A DNA stretch of 41,675 nucleotides from a virus (Duplodnaviria > Caudoviricetes). The stretch lies in IMG/VR virus record IMGVR_UViG_3300048577_000476, positions 1 to 41,675 of that record. One strand, written 5' to 3'. The translations under genes were made by a program, and so were the position numbers. This document shows, one piece after another, positions 16,838 to 26,083 of this stretch. The stretch's first letter is position 1, and the number at the start of each line of letters is the position of its first letter. A model generated the notes under the pieces. That model was given only the letters and a program-made list of their open reading frames with translations. It was not told the DNA's origin and searched no databases.

Positions 16838-18464
16838 CGCGCCGGTTCTTTCCCGCGTCGACGGCGAGCTGCCGCACGAGCTCCTGCGCGGCGGAGAGAT
16901 TCCGGCTGACCTCGATCCGCTCGCCGATGGCGTCCTTATGCGTCACCAGGCCGAATGGCTCGAAGACGACGCCGATCTGAAGCTTGCGGAAAAAGGCCGC
17001 CGCACCGGCATCACCTTCGCCGAGGCGCTGGACGCGACGCTGATCGCCAGCGCCAAGAAGTCCGCAGGCGGCTCGAACTACTTCTACATCGGCGACACCA
17101 AGGACAAGGGCCGCGAATTCATCGGCTACGTCGCCCACTGCGCCAAGATTATTGCCGGCGAGCTCGCCGGCATCGAGGAATTCTTGTTCGAGGACGAACA
17201 GGAGGATGGCAGCACCAAGTTCATTTCGGCGTTCCGCGTGCGCTTCGCGTCGGGTTGCCGCGTCGAGGCGCTGTCCTCGCGGCCCGAGAACATCCGCGGC
17301 CTGCAGGGCACCGTCTGCATCGACGAAGCGGCCTTTCACCGCGACGTGCGCCAAGTGCTCGACAGCGTCAATGCGCTACTGATCTGGGGCGGCAAGATCA
17401 GGGTGATCAGCACCCACAACGGTGTGCTCAACCCGTTCAACGAGCTCGTCCGCGAAGCGCGGGCCGGCAAGACGCCGTTCTCCTGCCACCTGATCCCGTT
17501 CTCGACGGCGGTCGCCAACGGGCTCTACAAGCGCGTCTGCCTGATCCGCGGCCAGGCCTGGACATCGGAAGGCGAGATCGCTTGGGAACAGCGCATCCGC
17601 GGCGCCTATGGCCCGCGCACCACGGCGATGCGCCAGGAGCTCGACGCCATTCCGGCCGAGTCGGAAGGCGCGGCATTGACCCGCGTCCAGATCGAGGCCT
17701 GCCAGATGCAGGGCATCCCGATTGTGCGCTGGGCCTGCACCGACGAATTCAAGAATGCTCCGGAACACGCCCGCAAGGCGGACGCGCTCGACTTCTGCGC
17801 CAGCCAGCTGCTTCCCGTGTTGAGAGCGCTCAACCCGCTGCGTCAGCATGTGTTCGGCGAGGACTTCGCGCGCACGGGCGACCTCACGGCCGTGCTGGTG
17901 TTCGAGGTCGGCGCCGATCTGATCCGCCGCTCGGTGTTGCTGCTGGAGCTGCGCAACGTCCCGTTCGATCAGCAGCGCGACGTGCTTTTCTACGTGGTCG
18001 AGCGACTGCCGCGCATGTCCGGCGGGATGCTGGACGCCACTGGTAACGGCTCCTATCTCGCGGAGGTCACGGCGCAGAAATTCGGATCGTCGATCGTCGA
18101 GGTAAAGCTCTCGGAAGAATGGTATCGGGTCAACATGCCCGCCTACATCGAAGCGTTCAGCGACCGCACGCTAACCCTGCCGGCGGACGAGGACGTGCTG
18201 CGCGATCATCAGGGCCTGCAGTACATCGGCAAGATCATCAAGGTGCCGGATGATCATGCGACGCGCGGCGCAGACGGCGGCAATCGCCACGGGGACACCG
18301 CGATCGCCGGCGCGCTCGCGTTCGCGGCGTCGCGCGCCAATCTCCCGGAATACGGCTACGAGACGGTCGGCGATAGCGGCCGGTCCGAAGAGCGGCACTG
18401 GAGCGAGCGGCAGCGGCCCGAGCGGGACATCCTGGCCGGCAACCGGCGCGAAGCGCTGTGGTGA
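16824..18464 (+). CDS. Mu gp28-like terminase large subunit
   Basis: EKGRRTGIT (Walker A), IDEAAFH (Walker B), ISTHNG, GEDFAR, DATGNG, HGDTA. Confidence 0.93.
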   Translation: MQQPDAPVLSRVDGELPHELLRGGEIPADLDPLADGVLMRHQAEWLEDDADLKLAEKGRRTGITFAEALDATLIASAKKSAGGSNYFYIGDTKDKGREFIGYVAHCAKIIAGELAGIEEFLFEDEQEDGSTKFISAFRVRFASGCRVEALSSRPENIRGLQGTVCIDEAAFHRDVRQVLDSVNALLIWGGKIRVISTHNGVLNPFNELVREARAGKTPFSCHLIPFSTAVANGLYKRVCLIRGQAWTSEGEIAWEQRIRGAYGPRTTAMRQELDAIPAESEGAALTRVQIEACQMQGIPIVRWACTDEFKNAPEHARKADALDFCASQLLPVLRALNPLRQHVFGEDFARTGDLTAVLVFEVGADLIRRSVLLLELRNVPFDQQRDVLFYVVERLPRMSGGMLDATGNGSYLAEVTAQKFGSSIVEVKLSEEWYRVNMPAYIEAFSDRTLTLPADEDVLRDHQGLQYIGKIIKVPDDHATRGADGGNRHGDTAIAGALAFAASRANLPEYGYETVGDSGRSEERHWSERQRPERDILAGNRREALW

Positions 18465-18516
18465 AGCCCGATGCCGCACGTTGTCGACAACATTTTGAAG
18501 CGGGGTTGACCCCATC

Positions 18517-20085
18517 ATGAGCGACACACCCACGATCCTCGACGCCTACGGGCGGCCCTTGCCCAAGCGGCCGGAGACGCGCGAGGTAGCAGAGCCGACG
18601 CTGACCGGCGTGCGGTCGCTCTGGCAGGAGCCGGTCGCGTCCGGTCTCACGCCCGAGCGGCTGGCGCGCGTGCTGCGGCAATCGGCCGAGTCAGGCGGCG
18701 ACACGCGCGAGTATCTGACTCTGGCCGAGGAGATCGAAGAGCGCGAGCTGCACTACCGCTCGGTGCTGTCGACGCGCAAACTTGCGCTCCGCGCCATCGT
18801 GCCGGTGGTCGAGGCCGCCAGTACCGATAAGGCCGACGTCGAGATCGCCGACGCCGTCCGCAAGCTGGTCGCGACGCCGGCGTTCCGCGGGGTCATCGTG
18901 GATCTGTGCGACGGTCTCGCGAAGGGCTATTCCGTGGTCGAGATGCTGTGGTCGACCACCGCCTCCAGCTGGATGATCTCCGGCTTCGAGTGGCGCGATC
19001 CGCGCATGTTCCAGTTCGACCGCACCACCGGGATGAAGCTGCGGCTGCGCGAGGACGGCAACATCGACGGCCAGCCGCTGCAGCCGGCGAAGTTCATCGT
19101 ACACCTGCCGAAGCTCAAGTCCGGCCAGCCGATCCGCGGCGGTCTCGCGCGCGTCGCGATGTGGGCGTTCATGCTCAAGTCCTTCTCGCTGAAGGACTGG
19201 ATGAACTTCCTCGACGTCTACGGCATCCCGTGGCGCATCGGCAAATGGCATCCGGGCGCGTCGAAGGACGACAAGTCCGCGCTGCTGCGCGCGGTCGCCA
19301 ACATCGCAAGCGACGGCGCCGCCATCATCCCGCAGGCGATGATCATCGAGCTGCTTGAAGCCCGCGGCTCGAAACAGACCGATGCCTTTGAAAAGCTCTG
19401 CAAGTACCTCGACCTGCTGATCTCCAAGCTCGTGCTCGGGCAGACCACCACGGTCGACGCGGTGTCGGGCGGCCATGCCGTGTCCAAGGAGCATCAGGAG
19501 GTCCGCCGCGAGCTGCTCAAGGCCGACGCGGACGAACTCGCCGCGACCATCCAGCGCGACATGGTCGAGCCGTTCGTTCTCTACAATTTCGGGGTGCCGA
19601 AGAACGGCATGCCGCTGCTGACGTTACCGGTCACCGAGCCGGAAGACATCAAGGCGATGATGGAGGTGCTGCGCGACTTCGTCGATCGCGGCGGCCGCGT
19701 CAGCGAGGCCGAGGTGCGCGACCGCATCGGCTTCGGCGATCCCGGCGCGGACGAAGTGTTGCTTCAGCCGCGCACCACCGGGCAGCGCCAGGCGCTGAAC
19801 CGGATGCGATGCGTCGACTGCGGCGGCGTGCATGACGTGAGCCTCAACCGCGAGCGCACCCTCACCGAAACCGACCGCCTGGCGCAGGACTACGCCGACG
19901 ACTGGCGCGAGGTGATGCCGCCGATCGTCGATCCGCTGTTGGCGCTGGCGCGGGAATGCGGCTCGTTTGAAGAGTTATTGGAGCGGTTGCCGTCCGCCGC
20001 GCGCAGGATGGATTCGTCCGCGCTGGCCGACCGGCTGGCGAAAGCGACCGCGATCGCGCGCGGCCTCGGCGATGTGGATGCGTGA
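18517..20085 (+). CDS. Portal protein (Mu gp29 / DUF935)
   Basis: GLAKGYSVVE, KDWMNFLDVYGIPWRIGK, ISKLVLGQT; follows the terminase. Confidence 0.92.
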   Translation: MSDTPTILDAYGRPLPKRPETREVAEPTLTGVRSLWQEPVASGLTPERLARVLRQSAESGGDTREYLTLAEEIEERELHYRSVLSTRKLALRAIVPVVEAASTDKADVEIADAVRKLVATPAFRGVIVDLCDGLAKGYSVVEMLWSTTASSWMISGFEWRDPRMFQFDRTTGMKLRLREDGNIDGQPLQPAKFIVHLPKLKSGQPIRGGLARVAMWAFMLKSFSLKDWMNFLDVYGIPWRIGKWHPGASKDDKSALLRAVANIASDGAAIIPQAMIIELLEARGSKQTDAFEKLCKYLDLLISKLVLGQTTTVDAVSGGHAVSKEHQEVRRELLKADADELAATIQRDMVEPFVLYNFGVPKNGMPLLTLPVTEPEDIKAMMEVLRDFVDRGGRVSEAEVRDRIGFGDPGADEVLLQPRTTGQRQALNRMRCVDCGGVHDVSLNRERTLTETDRLAQDYADDWREVMPPIVDPLLALARECGSFEELLERLPSAARRMDSSALADRLAKATAIARGLGDVDA

Positions 20086-20360
20086 TGCGGATCGGCCTCG
20101 ACGAACGCAACTGCTGGGTCATCCGCTCCAGGCGGACGCGTCCATGTGGCCGTGTCGACGTGATGTATTACGAGACGCCGGCCATCTGGAATCGGTCTCC
20201 GGCGCTTGCGACCATCTTCCGCACCTATGAAGCGGCCGACGCGCATCTCAACATGTATCACCACCGAGACGCTGCGCCGAAGGGCTGGGCCGACGGCTCC
20301 ACCGAGGTGATGGACGTCGTGCCGCTCCTGGGCGCGCTGAAGGTACAGCAGCGTGGCTGA
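20082..20360 (+). CDS. Hypothetical 92-aa protein inserted between portal and MuF
   Basis: Overlaps the portal stop (GTGA) and the MuF start. Confidence 0.55.
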   Translation: MMRIGLDERNCWVIRSRRTRPCGRVDVMYYETPAIWNRSPALATIFRTYEAADAHLNMYHHRDAAPKGWADGSTEVMDVVPLLGALKVQQRG

Positions 20361-21546
20361 CGACATCCGCACCCATGAGGTCACGCCGCCCGCGGATGTG
20401 CTCGATTACTTTCGCGCGAAGAAGCTTTCGCCGGCGTTCTCCTGGCTCGATGTCTGGGGCCAGGAGCACGCCCACGCCTTCACCGTCGCGAAGGCCGTCG
20501 ACGTCGACGTGCTCGCGGCGTTTCGCGGCACCATCGACGACGCTATCACGCGCGGCCTCGGCTACGACGAATGGGTGCGCGAGCTCGAACCGAAACTGAG
20601 CTCGCTCGGCTGGTGGGGACGCCGCACCGTCGAGGATGAAAGAACCGGCGCGCGCAAGCTGGTGGATTTTTCCTCGCCGCGCAGGCTCCAGAATATCTTC
20701 TGGAGCAATATGCGCGCGGCTCGCGCCGCCGGCCAGTGGGAGCGCGCCCAGGCCAGCAAAGACGTGCTGCCGTACTTCTTGTATGTCGAGACCACCGCCG
20801 CAGATCCTCGCCAGGAGCACCTGCAATGGGTCGGCACCATCCTGCCGATCGATCATCCCTGGTGGGATACCCACATGCCGCCGAACGGCTGGGGTTGTCA
20901 GTGCGCGGTGCGCCAGATCGGCCGCGCCGAAGCGAAGCGGCTGGGCGGCGTCTCCGCCGATCCGATCGTTGACACCACCACATTCGAAAATCGCCGCACC
21001 GGCGAGCGCGTCGAAGTGCCGATCGGAATCGATCCGGGCTGGCACACGAATCCGGGCAAGAGCCGCAGCGTCGGTCTCGCCCGCGTGCTCGCCGACAAGA
21101 TCGGACGCATCCCAGAGCCCGCGCAGCGCCGCGCAGCGAACGGCACCAACAACCGCTCCGAGCGGTTTGAAAAGCTGCTCGACACGAAAAAGCCGAGCGG
21201 CCTGGCGCTGCCTGTCCTCGATCTTCCCGAAAGGCCGAAGGGGGCTTCCACCTCAGTGGTGTTGCTGTCCGACGCCACCGCGCTCAAGCAACAGAAGCAT
21301 CCGGAGGTCACGCCGGAGGCGTATCAGTTCATTCTGCCGCGGCTGGTCGAGAGCGGCGAACCGACCGCAACCGGACGCTGGCTGCATTTCATCGCGATGC
21401 TCGGCGAGCGGCTCTGGCACGCCGTCGTCAAGACCACTGGGGACGGCTCGGCAAATTACCTGACGACATTCCACCGCATTCGACAGGGCGACGTTGCGCG
21501 CCTGCAGCGCCAGATCGAGCGGAAAAGGACGGGGGAGGAAGAGTGA
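20353..21546 (+). CDS. MuF (gp30) minor head protein with C-terminal BECR/PBECR-like nuclease-fold extension
   Basis: MuF motifs AFTVAK, RRLQNIF.SN, HPWWDTHMPPNGWGCQC, IDPGW; C-terminal KQQKHPEVTPEAY...WHAVVK...YLTTFHR. Confidence 0.85.
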   Translation: MADDIRTHEVTPPADVLDYFRAKKLSPAFSWLDVWGQEHAHAFTVAKAVDVDVLAAFRGTIDDAITRGLGYDEWVRELEPKLSSLGWWGRRTVEDERTGARKLVDFSSPRRLQNIFWSNMRAARAAGQWERAQASKDVLPYFLYVETTAADPRQEHLQWVGTILPIDHPWWDTHMPPNGWGCQCAVRQIGRAEAKRLGGVSADPIVDTTTFENRRTGERVEVPIGIDPGWHTNPGKSRSVGLARVLADKIGRIPEPAQRRAANGTNNRSERFEKLLDTKKPSGLALPVLDLPERPKGASTSVVLLSDATALKQQKHPEVTPEAYQFILPRLVESGEPTATGRWLHFIAMLGERLWHAVVKTTGDGSANYLTTFHRIRQGDVARLQRQIERKRTGEEE

Positions 21547-21845
21547 CGTCGGGGAGGTCGTTACCCCTCCGCAGCTCATGACCGGTTGAACGTCTGACTC
21601 CGGCGTCACGATCCTCAAGATAGGCGATTTTCCCGAAATTTCAAAATCGGCCACAGGGCGCGTTTAGCCCCCTGGAGGCTCCACTGGGTGCCGGTCGCCC
21701 CGGCCCCGGCCCCGGCGGGCTTGAAAACCCCTTGAACGCCGCCCTCTGACAGCCCTCGGGGCTCCCGCTCCGTCACCCCTGACAGGCGATTGCCAAAACG
21801 ACCCCCCGACCGGCATAGTGGCCGGGCTGCTTCGCGGCATCGGGG

Positions 21846-21890
21846 CTGACACCTGTCAGGGTTCGGAGCGGGCAAGGCCGCTGCCATTGT
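21846..21890 (+). promoter_or_regulatory. Late promoter 2 (PI-like)
   Basis: Perfect palindrome CTGACA-CC-TGTCAG plus GGTT, 21 nt, then CATTGT; directly upstream of the protease gene. Confidence 0.7.
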
Positions 21891-21897
21891 GGCGGCC

Positions 21898-22854
21898 ATG
21901 TCGACGCAGCTTTCCACCGCCCAATCTTTCGTAGCCGTCGCCCTCAATTCTGAGGGGACGGTGCCGACGCAGCTCGTCCTGTTGCCGGCCGGCGCGATCC
22001 GCGGCCGCGACGGCCGGATGTTCCTTAACGACCAGGCCGACGCCGTCGCCGCCGACTTCGCCGCCGGCAACATCGAGCTGCCGATCGATATCGAGCACGC
22101 CACCGAGCTCAAGGCCCCGAAGGGCGAGCCGGCGCCGGCGCAGGGCTGGATCAAGCGGCTGACCGCGCTCAATGGCGAACTGATCGCCGACGTCGAGTGG
22201 ACCAACGACGGCGCCGGGCTGATCCGCTCCAAGGCGTACCGCTACCTCTCTCCCGCATTCCTTCATCGGAAGGATAACGGCCGCATCACGCGGCTGCTCT
22301 CGGTCGGGCTGACCAACAAGCCCAACCTCGAACTCCCAGCTCTCAATTCCGCAACCAAGGAGACCGGAATGGACCGCGCAGCCATCGCTGCGGCGCTCGG
22401 CATCGCCTCGACCGCGACCGACGCTGACGTCATCACCGCGATCAACTCGCTCCGCACGAGCATTGATCGTCCCGACCCGACCAAGTTCGTGCCGAAGGCG
22501 GACCTCGACGCCGCGCTCAACCGCGCCACCACCGCCGAGCAGAAGCTTGCCGACCAGGACAAGCAAGCCAACGCCGCCCGCGCCATCGCCCTGGTCGATC
22601 AGGGCGTCAAGGACGGCAAGATCGCGCCGGCGTCCAAGGACCACTACCTGGCGCTCTGCCGCCAGGATGGCGGCTACGCCCAGGTTGAAGCGCTGCTCAA
22701 GACGCTGCCGAAGCTCACGGACGCCAGCGGCCTCGATCGTCGCCCGCCCGATCAGCCGGCCGGCACCCTCACCGCCGAACAGGTCGCGATTTGCAGCCAG
22801 CTCGGCATTTCCGAAGACGACTACAAGAAGGAGCTCGCGGCCCGGTCCGCGTGA
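21898..22854 (+). CDS. Mu gpI-like prohead protease/scaffold
   Basis: GRDGR, PIDIEHAT, APAQGWI, VEWT, YRYLSP, GLTNKPNL. Confidence 0.92.
   Translation: MSTQLSTAQSFVAVALNSEGTVPTQLVLLPAGAIRGRDGRMFLNDQADAVAADFAAGNIELPIDIEHATELKAPKGEPAPAQGWIKRLTALNGELIADVEWTNDGAGLIRSKAYRYLSPAFLHRKDNGRITRLLSVGLTNKPNLELPALNSATKETGMDRAAIAAALGIASTATDADVITAINSLRTSIDRPDPTKFVPKADLDAALNRATTAEQKLADQDKQANAARAIALVDQGVKDGKIAPASKDHYLALCRQDGGYAQVEALLKTLPKLTDASGLDRRPPDQPAGTLTAEQVAICSQLGISEDDYKKELAARSA
22369..22854 (+). CDS. Internally initiated scaffold protein (Mu Z-like)
   Basis: AAGGAG RBS at 22357-22362 before an in-frame ATG, right after the protease domain. Confidence 0.7.
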   Translation: MDRAAIAAALGIASTATDADVITAINSLRTSIDRPDPTKFVPKADLDAALNRATTAEQKLADQDKQANAARAIALVDQGVKDGKIAPASKDHYLALCRQDGGYAQVEALLKTLPKLTDASGLDRRPPDQPAGTLTAEQVAICSQLGISEDDYKKELAARSA

Positions 22855-22863
22855 CGCATCATC

Positions 22864-23262
22864 ATGTCGCTTGCAAGTGAACGAGAGACCCGGGAGCGCA
22901 GCGGCGAGGTGTACGTCCTCGGCGTTGCCGCCAACGTCACCCTGTTCCAGGGCGCGCTCGGCTGCGCCAACGCCTCCGGCCACGCCACGCCTGGCGCGGT
23001 GGCGACCACGCTGGTGGCGCTCGGCCGCGTCGAAGAAACCGTCGCCGGCGGCAGCGTCGCCGGCGTGAACAAGGTCCGGATCAAGCGCGGCACGTTCTTG
23101 TTCAAGAACTCCGTCGCCGATCCGGTCACCGTCGCCTCGATCGGCCGCGATTGCTTCGTGGTCGACGATGAGACGGTCGCGGCAACCAACGGCACCAACA
23201 CCCGCTCGAAGGCCGGCATCGTCCACGATGTCGACGTTTCCGGCGTCTGGGTGCGTTTCTAA
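22864..23262 (+). CDS. Capsid decoration/cement protein
   Basis: Small Gly/Ala/Val-rich beta protein ending GVWVRF, between scaffold and capsid genes. Confidence 0.75.
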   Translation: MSLASERETRERSGEVYVLGVAANVTLFQGALGCANASGHATPGAVATTLVALGRVEETVAGGSVAGVNKVRIKRGTFLFKNSVADPVTVASIGRDCFVVDDETVAATNGTNTRSKAGIVHDVDVSGVWVRF

Positions 23263-23276
23263 GGGGCATCAGCACG

Positions 23277-24173
23277 ATGATCATCAACCGCACCAACATC
23301 GCCAACCTGCAGGTCGGCTACCGCTCGACCTTTCAGAAGGCCTTCTCGGCCGGCGAGGCGCTCTATAAGCGCGTCGCGACCGTGGTGCCGTCGTCGACGG
23401 CGACGGAAGCCTATCCGTGGCTCGGGCAGCTGCCGCGCATCCGCGAGTGGATCGGCGAGCGCGTGATCCGTTCGATCACCACCGAAGGCTACCAGCTCAC
23501 CAACAAGCCGTTCGAGCAGACGGTCACCGTGCCGCGCACGGCGATCGAAGACGACACCTACGGCGTGTTCTCGCCGCTGATCGGCGCCATGGGCGAAGCC
23601 GCGGGGGTCTTCCCGGACGAACTGGTGTTCGGCGCGCTCGCCAAGGGCTTTGCGGCCAACTGCTACGACGGCCAGTACTTCTTCGACACCGATCATCCGG
23701 TGCGTCAGGAGGACGGCTCGATCACGACCGTCTCCAACATGCAGGCCGGCGCGAACCCGCCCTGGTTCCTGCTCGACGTCTCGAAGATCGTGAAGCCGCT
23801 GATCTTCCAGGACCGCAAGAAGTTCGAGTTCGTCGCCAAGGACGATCCGCAGAGCTCGGATGACGTCTTCATGCGCAACGAGTTTATTTACGGGGTCTAT
23901 GGCCGGATGGCCGCCGGCTATGCGTTCTGGCAGCTCGCCTTCGGCTCCAAGGCCACCCTCGACAAAACCAACTTCGACGCGGCCTACGACGCGATGGCGA
24001 GCCTGAAGGGTGACGAAGGCCGGCCGCTCGCCATCAAGCCCGGCCTGCTCGTGATCCCGCCGCAGCTGCGCAACGCCGCCAATGAGATCGTGGCGGTGCA
24101 GCGGCTCGCCAACGGCGCCGACAACCCGAACTTCAAAATCGTCGACGTCATGATCGCGCCATGGCTGGCGTGA
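23277..24173 (+). CDS. Mu gpT-like major capsid protein
   Basis: YPWLGQLP.IREWIGER, IEDD, CYDGQYFFDTDHPV, KPLIFQDRK. Confidence 0.93.
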   Translation: MIINRTNIANLQVGYRSTFQKAFSAGEALYKRVATVVPSSTATEAYPWLGQLPRIREWIGERVIRSITTEGYQLTNKPFEQTVTVPRTAIEDDTYGVFSPLIGAMGEAAGVFPDELVFGALAKGFAANCYDGQYFFDTDHPVRQEDGSITTVSNMQAGANPPWFLLDVSKIVKPLIFQDRKKFEFVAKDDPQSSDDVFMRNEFIYGVYGRMAAGYAFWQLAFGSKATLDKTNFDAAYDAMASLKGDEGRPLAIKPGLLVIPPQLRNAANEIVAVQRLANGADNPNFKIVDVMIAPWLA

Positions 24174-24198
24174 TCGGGACGGCGCAACCGAGGTCAAC

Positions 24199-24477
24199 AT
24201 GAGCCAGTCCAAACCCGTTCAGCATCCGGCCTTAAGGGTGAAAGCATCGCTGCCCCGCCGTTATCGCGCCGGCCTCGCCTTCGGCGCCGAGCCGGTCACC
24301 ATCGAGGCAGGCACGCTCACCGAAGAGCAGCTCAAGGCAGTCGTCAGCGATCCGTTCCTCGGCGTCACCGAGCTCGCCGACGAAAAGAAGAAGGTGAAGC
24401 CGCCGAAGCCTGAGAAGGACGGTCCCGCCGAATCCGATCCGGCGAAGGGCGCCGATCTCGACAAGAAGGGCGGCTAG
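24199..24477 (+). CDS. HI1506/Mu gp35-like small protein
   Basis: RRYRAGLAF...LTEEQLKAVVSDP.L; follows the capsid gene. Confidence 0.7.
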   Translation: MSQSKPVQHPALRVKASLPRRYRAGLAFGAEPVTIEAGTLTEEQLKAVVSDPFLGVTELADEKKKVKPPKPEKDGPAESDPAKGADLDKKGG

Positions 24478-24484
24478 CGCCCCA

Positions 24485-24589
24485 GCCTCCGCACGCGAGC
24501 GTCGGCGCGTGCGTGACGCGGACCGCAAGGTCCGCCCTGGCGAGGACGGTCCTGCATCGCCGTCCTCGCCACCCAACTCCCGCAGAGGC
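24485..24589 (+). other. Structured intergenic RNA element (three hairpins) upstream of gp36
   Basis: 8-bp, 7-bp (GCAA loop) and 12-bp perfect stems, closed by GCCTC/GAGGC. Confidence 0.6.
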
Positions 24590-24594
24590 AATGC

Positions 24595-25047
24595 ATGTAC
24601 GCCACGCGATCCGACATCGAATCCCTCTATGGCGCGGACGAGCTCCGCGGCGTGCTCAATCTGGCGCGCAACCAGGTCGAGCTGTCGGCCGAGGACATCG
24701 CCCGCGTCGATCAGGCGCTGGTCGACGTCGGCAGCCTGATCGATTCGTATCTCGGACCGCGCTACAGCCTGCCGCTGCCGCTCGTCCCCCAGGTGCTGCG
24801 CGCCTTTGCCGTCGACATGACGATCTATCGCCTGGCGTTGCGCAACGGCCGGCCGCGCGACGAGCTGCGCACGCGCTACGAAGACGCCGTGAAATTCCTG
24901 ATCGCGGTCTCGACCGGCAAGGCCAACCTGCCGGGCGTCGACGGCGACAGCGCGCCGGGTCCGGAGGCATCGGACGGCTCCAGCGAGGACGTGCAGTTCG
25001 TCACCAGCGGCCGCCGCGTGTCGCGCAATTCGGGGCTGATGACGTGA
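24595..25047 (+). CDS. Mu gp36 (DUF1320) head-tail connector
   Basis: MYATRSD...IDSYL..RY.LPL...YRL...RYEDAVKFL..VSTGK. Confidence 0.88.
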   Translation: MYATRSDIESLYGADELRGVLNLARNQVELSAEDIARVDQALVDVGSLIDSYLGPRYSLPLPLVPQVLRAFAVDMTIYRLALRNGRPRDELRTRYEDAVKFLIAVSTGKANLPGVDGDSAPGPEASDGSSEDVQFVTSGRRVSRNSGLMT

Positions 25048-25535
25048 GCATCTCCATCGTCGTCAACACCCACGGCATTGCAGCAGCTGTCGAGCAGCTC
25101 AACAAGCTCACCGGCTGGCGCGTCGAGCAAGGCGCCAGACTGATCGCGCCAATCCTCGAAAGCCAGACGCGCCGGCGCATCGAAACGGAGAAGCGATCGC
25201 CGCGCGGCGAGCGCTGGAAGCCCAATCGCACCGGCACCTCGATCCTGCTGCGCACCGGGCGCCATCTGCGCGACAGCGTCGCCCACCGCGCCGCCGGCGC
25301 CGACGCCGTCGTCGAAGCCCATTGGAAGCACGCGCACGTGCATCAGGCCGGGATGACCATCCGCCCCAAGAACGCGAAGCGGCTGGTGTTCCGCGTCGGC
25401 GGGAATGCGCAGCCGGTGTTCGCCGGCAAGGTCACGATCCCGGCCCGGCCCTTCGTCGGTCTGTCGACCGAGAACGAGGCCGAGATCGTCGAAGAGCTCA
25501 ACGCCATGCTGGCCGAGATCGGGGGCGCGGAATGA
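25044..25535 (+). CDS. Virion morphogenesis protein (Mu G / P2 S-like)
   Basis: GTG start; SPRGERWKP, LLRTGRHLRDS, AHVHQAG, IPARPFVGLS. Confidence 0.85.
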   Translation: MSISIVVNTHGIAAAVEQLNKLTGWRVEQGARLIAPILESQTRRRIETEKRSPRGERWKPNRTGTSILLRTGRHLRDSVAHRAAGADAVVEAHWKHAHVHQAGMTIRPKNAKRLVFRVGGNAQPVFAGKVTIPARPFVGLSTENEAEIVEELNAMLAEIGGAE

Positions 25536-26083
25536 GCATCCCGCGGCAGCTGCGCACCGCGATGGTTGCGCGCTTCGAGGCCGCTCAACTCGGCTTCAAG
25601 AACGTCACCCCGCACACCGGCCGCTACACGGTCGACGACCTCAAGCGGCTGCTCGGCGCGTCGCCGGCGCTGGCGGTCGGCCTGGTCGGGGCGTCGAAGC
25701 CGAAACCCTGCGCCTCGGGCGAGGTGCAGATCGAGCTGTCCTTCGCGGCGGTTGTCGTCACCCGGTCCGGCCGGCTCGAAGATGCCGACGACGATGCCAT
25801 CGACCTCGCGATCGCTGTGGCCGCGAACCTCTCCACCTGGGTGCCGGCATCCGCCGTGCGCACCTGCCAGCCGGCGGCCAACATCCACCTGGAGCCGGTC
25901 GCCGACGATGAGGTCGACCAGGCCGGCCTTGCGGTGTGGGCGGTGCTGTGGTCGCACACCGTGCGCATCGGCGCCGACGAGATCGCGGCGGGCATCGACC
26001 CAGAGCAGCCTTTGCCCGGCAATCAGGTGATCGTCGTCAACGATGGCCACCACGAGACCATCATCGGTGGAAGCGGCCCATGA
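25532..26083 (+). CDS. Mu gp37-like tail terminator/completion protein
   Basis: HTGRY, PALAVG, GLAVWAVLW; position in the neck module. Confidence 0.7.
   Translation: MSIPRQLRTAMVARFEAAQLGFKNVTPHTGRYTVDDLKRLLGASPALAVGLVGASKPKPCASGEVQIELSFAAVVVTRSGRLEDADDDAIDLAIAVAANLSTWVPASAVRTCQPAANIHLEPVADDEVDQAGLAVWAVLWSHTVRIGADEIAAGIDPEQPLPGNQVIVVNDGHHETIIGGSGP

Noticed and set aside
18480-18491. Perfect palindrome GTTGTCGACAAC between terminase and portal
   Set aside because: Single occurrence with no match to the other motifs; no function can be supported.
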